From the NCBI RefSeq assembly GCF_017940385.1, contig NZ_JAGAYS010000041.1: DNA of 64,000 nucleotides; one strand, given 5' to 3'. Origin of the DNA: Ruminobacter sp. (GTDB taxonomy: Bacteria > Pseudomonadota > Gammaproteobacteria > Enterobacterales > Succinivibrionaceae). A program made the translations under genes and the position numbers. Below the pieces are notes generated by a model, which made no database searches, had not been told where the DNA came from, and saw only the letters and a list, made by a program, of their open reading frames with translations. Position 1 is the stretch's first letter. Every line of letters begins with the position of its first letter. Positions 22,435 to 31,500 of the stretch are shown here, piece after piece.

Positions 22435-22471
22435 TGTCAGCCGTACTGAAGTACGGATACGGATGACGGAA

Positions 22472-22496
22472 AAGGCAGCCTTCTTGCTGCCTTTTC
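22472..22496 (+). terminator. Intrinsic terminator or attenuator between tgt and yajC
   Basis: The stem pairs aaggcagc (22472..22479) with gctgcctt (22486..22493). The loop is 6 nt and tt(t)c follows. Confidence 0.6.
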
Positions 22497-22681
22497 ATTC
22501 CCGCACGGAGCGGAGAGATGTGGCGCGACGCGGCGGTTTGCCTGTTCCGGCAATTATGAGGAAGCAGTGAAATACAATGATCTTTCAGTCATAATTGAAG
22601 CCCTTCAATAAATAATTCTGTTAAAACATCATAATTCATATATAATGCAAAATCGTGTTTTATTTTTAAAATTCGAGGTTT

Positions 22682-23068
22682 ATGACAATGGATTTATTTG
22701 CAACTGCATATGCTGATGAAGGCGTTCAGACTGCTGCCAACACGGCTCCGGCCGGCGGCCCTGACATTACTTTTATCGTGATGATGGCCGTAGCTTTTGC
22801 CTGCTTCTATTTGTTTGTCCTGAGACCGGGCAATAAAAAGAACAAGGAGCGTGCCGAGTCTTTAAAGAAGCTTGAAGTCGGTGACGAAGTTCTTACCAGT
22901 GGCGGTTTAATCGGCAGAATTACCAAGGTTAACGAAGATCTTGATCTGCTGATAATTGAAATCGCTCCGGGTACATCAGTAAAAATCAACAGACAGTACG
23001 TTGTAAGTCCTTTACCAAAGGGAACTTACGATGAACGTAAGGTTGAATCAAACAGGCAGAAGAAATAA
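22682..23068 (+). CDS. yajC: Sec translocon accessory subunit YajC
   Basis: It has a single TM segment followed by the conserved block LKKLEVGDEVLTSGGLIGRITKV. Its position between tgt and secD is the canonical one. Confidence 0.9.
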   Translation: MTMDLFATAYADEGVQTAANTAPAGGPDITFIVMMAVAFACFYLFVLRPGNKKNKERAESLKKLEVGDEVLTSGGLIGRITKVNEDLDLLIIEIAPGTSVKINRQYVVSPLPKGTYDERKVESNRQKK

Positions 23069-23132
23069 AAAATTTCGTGCTTTATGTGTGTGCGGGTTTC
23101 AGAAACCTGCAGGAGAATGCAAGGAGTAGGTT

Positions 23133-24986
23133 TTGATAAACAAATATCCTTTATGGAAAAATTTGCTGATACTGGCCGTTCTGATTATCGGTGCAGTATA
23201 CGCATTGCCTAATCTTTATGGTGAAGATCAGGCTATCCAGATTAGCGGCTCCAAGGGGATAACCCTGGAAAGCGAAGATTACCAGAAGATTGAAGGTGTT
23301 ATCGCAAACGACTGCCCCGACTGTGTTGTTGAAAGAAACGCGGGTCAGGCTCTCATTCGTTTCAAGGATAACGATTTACGTCTTCGCATGAAGGAAAAGC
23401 TGGTAGGCGAACTCGGTGACAACTACATTGTCGCCCTTAATCTTGCCGCGGCAACTCCGGATTGGTTAAAGGCCATCGGTGCCAAGCCTTTAAAGCTCGG
23501 TCTTGACTTAAGAGGCGGTCTGCACTTCCTTATGGAAGTTGACATGGATGAGGCCATCAAGAAGATTGTTACCCAGTCAATACAGGATTTCCGTACCGAA
23601 CTCCGTGAGGAAAAGATCCGTCTGTCAGGTATCAGAAGCGTCGGTCAGGACATCGTGATTACCTTCCGTGACGAGGATGCCCGCAGTAAGGCCCTCAGAC
23701 TGTTATCAGGCAAACATCCTGATTTAGTCTTTACCGAAGACGATTCATCTTCCTCATTTGAAATCAAGGCCGTAATGAAGCCTGAAAAGATCAAGGAAGT
23801 AAAGACTTATGCCGTTGAACAGAACATCAACATCATAAGAAACCGTGTTAATGAACTCGGTGTTGCCGAACCGCTGGTTCAGAGACAGGGTGCGGATCGT
23901 ATTATCGTTGAACTTCCCGGTGTTGAAGACTCAGCAAGAGCAAAGGAAATCTTAGGTGCAACAGCCACCCTCGAGTTCCGTCTTGTTGATCAGGCTGCCG
24001 ACATTCAGAGCGCCGCAAGCGGTGTGGTTTCCTCAAACGATGAGGTCCTTACCGACAGAAACGGCAGACCGGTGGTCGTAACCAAGCATGTCATTCTTAC
24101 CGGTGACCATATTATCGACGCCAAGAGCGGCATGGATGAAAACGGTCGTCCTGAGGTAAACATCAGCCTCGATTCAAAGGGCGGTAACACCATGTCCAAC
24201 TTTACCAAGGATCATATCGGTCAGCCTATGGCAACAAACTTTATCGAATATAAGGTTGTTGACGATCAGAACGCCGGCGACAGTGCCGTAAAGTTCAGAA
24301 AGGTTGAACAGATTATCAACGTCGCTACCATTCAGGCCCGTCTAGGCAACAAGTTCCGCATTACCGGTCTTGACAGCCCTACGGAAGCACACAATCTGGC
24401 GCTGCTGCTCAGAGCAGGTGCCCTGATTGCTCCTATCCAGATTGTTGAGGAAAGAAACATCGGACCAAGCCTCGGTAAGCAGAATATCGATAACGGTATG
24501 AGAGCGATGATGTACGGTCTGATAGTTCTCGGTATTTTCATGATCGTGTACTACAGAGCTTTCGGTATCATTGCCAACCTGGCCCTGATTTTTAACATGG
24601 TTCTGCTTGTGGGCGTAATGTCCATGATTCCTGGCGCCACCATGACCCTTCCAGGTATTGCCGGTATAGTGCTTACCATCGGTATGGCAGTGGACGCCAA
24701 CGTACTGATTTACGAACGTATCCGTGAAGAAATAAGAAACAACCGCGGCGTGCAGCAGGCAATCAACCTCGGCTACGAAAGAGCCTTCGTTACCATTATG
24801 GACTCCAACATTACCTCCATTCTGGTAGCCCTGATTCTGTTTGCCGTTGGTACCGGTGCGGTTAAAGGTTTCGCCCTTGTTTTGATGATTGGTCTGGTTT
24901 GCTCAATGTTTACCGCAGTTACATGCTGCCGCGCCATCGTAAACCTCATCTGGGGCGGTCGTGAAGTTAAGAAGCTGGCTATTTAA
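23133..24986 (+). CDS. secD: Protein translocase subunit SecD
   Basis: The N-terminus MINKYPLWKNLLILAVLIIGAVYALPNLYGE parallels E. coli SecD (MLNRYPLWKY...YALPNLFGE). The TTG start has the SD AAGGAG 6 nt upstream. Confidence 0.95.
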   Translation: MINKYPLWKNLLILAVLIIGAVYALPNLYGEDQAIQISGSKGITLESEDYQKIEGVIANDCPDCVVERNAGQALIRFKDNDLRLRMKEKLVGELGDNYIVALNLAAATPDWLKAIGAKPLKLGLDLRGGLHFLMEVDMDEAIKKIVTQSIQDFRTELREEKIRLSGIRSVGQDIVITFRDEDARSKALRLLSGKHPDLVFTEDDSSSSFEIKAVMKPEKIKEVKTYAVEQNINIIRNRVNELGVAEPLVQRQGADRIIVELPGVEDSARAKEILGATATLEFRLVDQAADIQSAASGVVSSNDEVLTDRNGRPVVVTKHVILTGDHIIDAKSGMDENGRPEVNISLDSKGGNTMSNFTKDHIGQPMATNFIEYKVVDDQNAGDSAVKFRKVEQIINVATIQARLGNKFRITGLDSPTEAHNLALLLRAGALIAPIQIVEERNIGPSLGKQNIDNGMRAMMYGLIVLGIFMIVYYRAFGIIANLALIFNMVLLVGVMSMIPGATMTLPGIAGIVLTIGMAVDANVLIYERIREEIRNNRGVQQAINLGYERAFVTIMDSNITSILVALILFAVGTGAVKGFALVLMIGLVCSMFTAVTCCRAIVNLIWGGREVKKLAI

Positions 24987-24998
24987 AGGAGGACAGAA

Positions 24999-25946
24999 AT
25001 GTTTCAAATCATAAAACCGGGAACAGTTATTCCTTTCATGAAGATAGCCAAACTGGTGGAAGTTCTCTGTATTGTCGCCGTGCTGTTCTTTATCGGCTGT
25101 CTCTGTACCAAGGGACTTAACTGGGGCCTCGACTTCACTGGCGGTGTGGTAATTGAGGTTCAGTACCCTGAAGAGGCAAATCTTGAACGTATCCGCGGAG
25201 ATCTGGCAAAGTCCGGCATTTCCAACGCGGTGGTTCAGAATTTCGGTACAACCCGTGACGTATCAATCCGCATTCAGCCAAAGGGTGAGGAAAATCAGAA
25301 GGCTATTACCGAAAAGGTTAAGGCCGTGGTATCCGGACATGACAGTAAGGCTCAGGTAACCCGTTCTGAATACGTGGGTCCCGCAGTGGGTCAGGAACTG
25401 GTTGTAAGCGGTGTTATTGCCGTTCTGCTGTCACTCGTTATCCTGCTGGTGTACATCGCCGCACGTTTCGAGTGGAGAATGGCTACCGGTGCGATTATTT
25501 CCCTGGCGTATGACGTTATCGTGGTGCTCGGTATTTTCTCCGTTTGGGGAATCGAGTATGACCTGACCGTTCTTGCAGCCGTGCTGACAGTTATCGGTTA
25601 TTCATTAAACGATAAGATCGTTGTGTTTGACCGTATCCGTGAAAATGCCAAAAAGCTGCACAAGATGGCCATGGTGGATTTGTTCAACAGATCTCTTACC
25701 GAGACCTTCTCAAGAACAATAATCACCTCACTCACTACCATAATTACCGTTGCGTCACTGCTTATTTTCGGCGGTGAAATGATTTTCGGATTCTCACTGG
25801 CTCTGTTAATCGGTATCGTATTCGGTACATTTTCATCAATCTACGTGGCTTCAACATGGCCTTTATTACTCGGAATCTCAAGGGAAAATCTCCTTGTTAC
25901 CGAAGTAAAGAAGGATGTTGAGGAGATTTCTGAAGCTGATTACTGA
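24999..25946 (+). CDS. secF: Protein translocase subunit SecF
   Basis: It has the blocks GLDFTGG, VGPAVGQEL and YSLNDKIVVFDRIRE, and it follows secD. Confidence 0.95.
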   Translation: MFQIIKPGTVIPFMKIAKLVEVLCIVAVLFFIGCLCTKGLNWGLDFTGGVVIEVQYPEEANLERIRGDLAKSGISNAVVQNFGTTRDVSIRIQPKGEENQKAITEKVKAVVSGHDSKAQVTRSEYVGPAVGQELVVSGVIAVLLSLVILLVYIAARFEWRMATGAIISLAYDVIVVLGIFSVWGIEYDLTVLAAVLTVIGYSLNDKIVVFDRIRENAKKLHKMAMVDLFNRSLTETFSRTIITSLTTIITVASLLIFGGEMIFGFSLALLIGIVFGTFSSIYVASTWPLLLGISRENLLVTEVKKDVEEISEADY

Positions 25947-25981
25947 TTGAAAGCTTTCGAAAAACGCCATTGATTTAAAAA

Positions 25982-26014
25982 GCCGTTCCGACAGTATGCC
26001 GGAACGGCTTTTTT
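25982..26014 (+). terminator. Intrinsic terminator after secF
   Basis: The stem pairs gccgttccg with cggaacggc (9 bp, 9-nt loop) and tttttt follows. Confidence 0.85.
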
Positions 26015-26243
26015 ACATGTTAGGGCTGATATGTGACTTAATGATGGTGGCAGTTCTCATTTTTCATGAATAACACATGGTCGGTAAGAAGTTAAATATT
26101 ATAATCTTTAGTATCCGGCTGTTCCCGCAGACACGGGGACTGACCGTCCGCACCATAATGAAAAATACTTAAGCGCTGCCCGGAAACGGCGTCTTATATC
26201 CTCTGAATCAGCATAATGTCAGTTAATGCAATGGAAAATAGTA

Positions 26244-27197
26244 ATGTTTAAAAGAATCATCCACACAGCCGTAACGGCATCATTGGCAGTCATGCTTTCG
26301 GCATGTGCATCAACCGGGACGGAAACGGCTGACGGTCATATCAATCCTGATTTTATAAAGATTGAACTGCCGCGCGTCGTTACTCCGGCTGAACAGCTTA
26401 ACATGGTTAAACTGTCCCAGGTCCTGGGGAACACCAAGCTTAATCATACTCAGGTAAGCGTGGTCATGTGGCACCGCGCCGAACTTTATAACCGCATGGG
26501 ACTGGATTTTCTTTCCGTCCTGAGTCTTCTCGGTTGCGTCAATGAGGATAATCAGAATTCCGACTGCTACCGCGATTACGGCGGAGCCCTGTACAGTCAC
26601 GGCAAGTTCCTTGAGGCTTACGATGCCCTTGACGGAGCACTGGAACTCAGTCCGAATGATAATGCCGCCCATTTCAGCAGAGGTCTTGCACTTTACTACG
26701 GTAAAAGGGAAAAGATGGCTGAAGAGGATTTTTACAAGGTTTATCTGAGTGACCGTCAGGATCCTTATTTCCAGCTGTGGCTGTTCTATGCGGAATATGC
26801 CTCAGATCCGGAAAAGGCCGAAAAAAATCTTCTGAGCAGATACCGCATGATTAATGTAAAGGATCTGTCCTTCGGAACCAAAGTGCTTGAGGTTTATCTG
26901 AACATCAGATCCGAAAAGGATCTGTGGGATCATATCTTTGACGGAGCCAAGAATTACATTGAAAGAAATGAAAGACTCTGCGAAGCCTATTTCTACATGG
27001 GCAAGATGCATCTCATGAAAGGTGAGACAACCAGGGCGCTTGACTATTTCAAGCTGGCGAGAACCACGAACGTAAGCTATTTCCTGGAGCACAGCAATGC
27101 GCTGCTGGAGATTCACATGCTTGATACCGAAAACGAGTATGATGACATCGGCTTTGATGAAAAGATGGTAAACAGTGAGGCCGGAACGCCGCAGTAA
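26244..27197 (+). CDS. nlpI: TPR lipoprotein NlpI
   Basis: It has a lipobox (MLSAC). It is colinear with E. coli NlpI, for example LELSPNDNAAHFSRGLALYYGKREKMAEEDF against [31 protein letters not shown]. It also has the conserved C-terminal block FLEHSNALLEI. ATG 26244 is preferred over 26226. Confidence 0.85.
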   Translation: MFKRIIHTAVTASLAVMLSACASTGTETADGHINPDFIKIELPRVVTPAEQLNMVKLSQVLGNTKLNHTQVSVVMWHRAELYNRMGLDFLSVLSLLGCVNEDNQNSDCYRDYGGALYSHGKFLEAYDALDGALELSPNDNAAHFSRGLALYYGKREKMAEEDFYKVYLSDRQDPYFQLWLFYAEYASDPEKAEKNLLSRYRMINVKDLSFGTKVLEVYLNIRSEKDLWDHIFDGAKNYIERNERLCEAYFYMGKMHLMKGETTRALDYFKLARTTNVSYFLEHSNALLEIHMLDTENEYDDIGFDEKMVNSEAGTPQ

Positions 27198-27401
27198 TCC
27201 GCCTTCCCGGTTGGTACAGGCCGCCGGGATGAAGTCATGAAGTCCGGGAGGCCGATAATACTCTCTTGTATTATCGGCCTCCTTGTGTTAGCTTTATCCA
27301 CGGCGTCTGGAAGTCGGGTACATGATTCTTTTTCGGGAAAGGAGCATGGCCGGCAGGTCGGCGGAGAGAGTTTTTTGAGGACTGATAATCGGAGAAAAAA
27401 G

Positions 27402-28181
27402 ATGTCAGACAACTACGGTTCAGAAAAATATGAATGTCTGAACAACATGGTGATTATTCTGGTGGATCCAAGCCATTACGGCAATATAGGATCGGCTTCG
27501 AGAGCAATGAAGACCATGGGATTATCGAAATTAAGAATTGTTTCATCAAACGGCAGTATTATTACCGATGAGGCTCTGGCTCTGTCAAAGGGTGCGGCTG
27601 ACGTCCTGAAAAGTGCCGAGGTTTTCTCCACACTTGATGAGGCTCTTGCCGACGTGACGTTTGTTGCCGGTACGTCTGCCAGACACCGCAGCATAGAACT
27701 TCCGCTTTATCAGCCGCGTGAGGCCGTGGAGAAGATACGTCCGCACCTGATGAACGGCATGAAGTGCGCCATCATGTTCGGCAGGGAGAGAACCGGGCTT
27801 ACGAACGAAGAACTGCAGCGCTGCGACATTCACATCAACATAGATGCCAATCCCGAATATTCATCACTGAATCTGGCAATGAGCGTGCAGGTGCTTTCCT
27901 ATGAACTGAGACAGGCATGTCTGCGTTCCGCAACTCAGGAACCTTCAGCTGATTTTGATGAGGGACTCCGTAAGCCGAAGCATTCGGATCTGGAGCAGTT
28001 CTACAGTTTCATTGAGAAGAATCTCTGCGACTGCGGATTCCTTAAAAAGAATCATAACGGCAGCGTTATGGGGCAGATAAGGCGTGTCTATGCCAAGGCG
28101 GACATGAGTGCCCATGAACTCAGAATCATATACGGAACCCTGGCATCAATGCTTAAGCACAGAAAGGACGGCGGAGAGTAA
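27402..28181 (+). CDS. trmJ: tRNA (cytidine/uridine-2'-O)-methyltransferase TrmJ (SpoU/TrmH family)
   Basis: [23 protein letters not shown] matches E. coli TrmJ ([22 protein letters not shown]). ATG 27402 has the SD GGAGAAAAAAG. The 55 codons upstream in the ORF track carry no such support. Confidence 0.88.
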   Translation: [259 protein letters not shown]

Positions 28182-28254
28182 CGCCGAAGCAGGCAGACCC
28201 GGTGCCGGTCTGACGGTGACGGATCATGGGGCTGCCGGCAGACCGGTTTTACGA

Positions 28255-28294
28255 AAATCCTGATGGTCAGGAGTGAGATCGTCAGGATTTTTTT
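28255..28294 (+). terminator. Intrinsic terminator after trmJ, with an alternative competing hairpin
   Basis: aatcctga (28255..28262) can pair with tcaggatt (28281..28288), which is followed by tttttttt. The same CCTGA can alternatively pair with the nearer TCAGG (28266..28270). Confidence 0.6.
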
Positions 28295-28456
28295 TGTCTG
28301 AAGTCGAAAGGAATCCGTAATTCAGCGGTATCTTTACCGGTAATATACACAAAACATGTTTTTGTTTTGTATAACAATAGAATACTTTAATATTATTGAC
28401 GTGATTCACGGATATAAGAAAAAGTGGTCATTTTTATAAGATAATTATAGTCAAAT

Positions 28457-28531
28457 ATCATGAAAAAGCTTTCATGATGTTTAAAATTTGTTAAAATTAA
28501 CAAAATATTAAATCAGGAATAAGTCCTGATT
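28457..28531 (+). promoter_or_regulatory. Cluster of three perfect inverted repeats upstream of the giant surface-protein gene
   Basis: The first is 28457..28478 (atcatgaaa-aagc-tttcatgat, 9-4-9). The second is 28488..28503 (ttgttaa-aa-ttaacaa, 7-2-7). The third is 28511..28531 (aatcagga-ataag-tcctgatt, an 8-bp stem) followed by ttgtt. All lie 40-115 nt upstream of ATG 28573. Confidence 0.4.
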
Positions 28532-28572
28532 TTGTTAAACCTTTCTTTTTTCCATTTCCAGAGTGAATCCAT

Positions 28573-31500
28573 ATGAGTAACAGAATGTTAAGACTCAACG
28601 GCCTTTCCCTTGCCGTTGGTTTTGCAGTTGCCATCCCGGGTTTTGTCGTGTCTGATGATGCTCAGGCCGCCGGTGTCATAGCTGCAACCCATATATATCA
28701 TAATCACATGCCTAATTTCTGGCCTTACTACAATACCGCCGATTACGAAAAGGCTGCCGTCGGTGATCCGATAAGATATGCCTATGATGGTCAGGTATAC
28801 AGAATTAAGGAAAACCCTCCTGCAGACTACACTTATTTTCTGCCTAAGAAGGGGACTCCGATGCCTCACGACAATCTGCAGCAGTATTATGACAGGGATG
28901 CAAAGCGCAACGCCTATACTTCATGGCCTGCTCAGACCGCCCGTGCCAACAGCGGTTCCCATCCGTTAAGCCAGACACAGGTAACAATGTCTGCTGCCGT
29001 AATCAATAACGTGCAGAGCTTTGCGGAACTTAATATTTTTGACTTCTTCAGGGAAGGCTGGTCTTCCGACTGGAAGTCAACCGTGGGTTCTCTTAAAACA
29101 ACCAACGGCTTTAATGCCCTGGAACCGATTCATTTTACCGGTCACCATTCAATGGGACCTCTTGTCGGCCCAAGATATTTCCTCAAGGATCTTATTTATC
29201 AGAACGTAACCCTGCAGCGTGATTACTTCCTCGGTGCGGACAAGTTCAGATCTTCGAAGGGCTTCTTCCCGACAGAGCTCGGTTTCTCCGAAAGACTTAT
29301 CCCAACCCTTACCAAGCTCGGCATTGAATGGTCTGTTGTGGGTAACAACCATTTCTCAAGAACCCTGAAGGACTACCCGTACAATTATCAGGATCCTTCA
29401 TATGATACCCTGGTATCACCTCCGAACAGGGCAGATCTGCAGAATACATATGAAGCCGGTGAATGGGTAACGGTCGGTATGGCTCATGAAAAGCAGCAGA
29501 TTGTGAACAAGTTCCCGTTCTGCGCCATTCCGCACTGGGTTCAGTATGTTGATCCGGTAACCGGTAAGGCTGATAAGATAGCCGCCATTCCGGTGGATCA
29601 GAACGGTTCATGGCTTGAAGGCTGGGAAGGTGAGGCAAACGCGCACACTGAAATCGAACGTTCAAACTACGTTGCAGACGCAAACGGCAGAACCATGTAC
29701 TACGTAATTGCCCATGACGGTGATAACGGTGAAGGACGTGCGGGTTCTATTTCCACCTGGCTGGCTTCAGGCAATGAATACAGTGCCGACGGAGTTGTCG
29801 GTATGGGTGTGGAGGAATATCTCAAGGCCTATCCGATCCCTGAATCAGACATTCAGCACATTCAGGACGGATCATGGGTTGATACCCGTGACTCCTCTTC
29901 CGATCCTGACTGGTATCACTGGCATATTCCGATGGGTGTATGGAAAGGACAGCTCAGTGATTTCAACAAGGCTTTAGGTACTGAATTCGAAATGCCGGTG
30001 AATTTTGCCGGAACCCCTATGGGACATGCCGTTTCCATGGAATACGGTTACCATTATCTGGAAAGAAACTTTGCCCTGCTTCAGGCAGCGGAAAACTACG
30101 CCGTCACCGCAGAGCAGATCTGGCTTGATGACCATCCTAACTACTGGTCTCCTTCAACAGATGCCGAAAAGCAGGTTACCTACGAGGGTAACCAGCTTAA
30201 TCCTTACATGATGTCATATCCTGTAAAGGGTGATGAGCAGAATGATTACAGGGGCGGCGCAAATCCTGCCGAACTCGGCTGGTACTTCCTGATTTCATCA
30301 ATTGATTCAGGTTTTGGTTATTATGATGAAAATACCGACGACAACGTAAAGCCTTCCCTCGGCTTTAATCAGTCACTGTACTTTACCGAACCTTATGTCA
30401 CCAAAAACGTGGCAAAGGACAAAACCGGACCTTCAATGTGGTGGGTTCAGCGCTATCCTACAAATCCAGGTTCCGCAAACAGCGGCAAGGCTGAAGGCTG
30501 GACTCCTATGTATGCCGACAATACCTTTGCCGTTTATACCTATGCCTATGACGTAAGCGGCATAAAGGATGTCAAGGTTTACGTCCGTGCCCACAAGAAC
30601 AAGAGCATGGGTCCTACCGACATCGCTCCGCGCGTATATGATCCAAAGGCCCTGGGAATCAGCGGTGATGCCGTAGGTGAATGGAAAGTCTATGACACCA
30701 AGGTGAGGGATCTGACCCCTGACATGAATGGCGTGGCTTGGCAGGATAATGAGGTAAGTCTCAATTATCAGGTAATACCGGCCAGGAAGATAGCAAGCAC
30801 CTATTATGCCTACATCAGTGATTTCAGGGACCAGCTGGTTGACTACTACATGGAAGCAACCGACTCCCGCGGTAACGTAACCAGAAGTGAAATCAACCAC
30901 ACCTACGTCGGTGCCGGCAGATACAATCTGGTTGACGGTGCCTACATTGAAGACGTTAACGGTGAAATCGAAGGTTCACACATGTTCTTTACCGACGGTT
31001 CCGTCGTGCTCACCGACAGCGTAACCGTTTACGCCAGAGCAGGTGATGAATCAGTTACTTCCGTATACCTTGAACACAAGGACAAGGGTACTTCAGACTG
31101 GAACGGCGTGGAAATGAAGAAGGTCGGGGACACCACCTATTTCAAGACCACCGTGACCTATACCCGTGATGCCACCTGTGCCGATATCAGGGTCAGGGAA
31201 AACGGCGGTTCTTACTATAACGGTAACTCCGGCACCTGTCTCAGCAAGGGAACCTACGTCATCGGAAAGGACGGCAGCATAACTGAAGGTGCTCCTACCG
31301 ATATCGTTACCCCTGTTACCTTCTACTTCAAGCCGGCATCATCACTTACCAGTGTCTGCGTTCACTACCGCGGTACTCCTCAGACCGGTGACAAGGGCTG
31401 GACTGCCGTACCGGGCGCCGCCATGACAGCACAGAAGAACGGCTGGTGGAGTTACACCGATACCGAAAGCTTCGGTGCCGAAATCAGCGGACTGGAATTC

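Noticed and set aside
30433-30900. 155-aa minus-strand ORF inside the giant CDS (and similar ones at 29309..29683 and 31452..31736)
   Set aside because: They are antisense to a 5.2-kb uninterrupted ORF with a signal peptide, PKD repeats and a sorting tail. They have no independent support.
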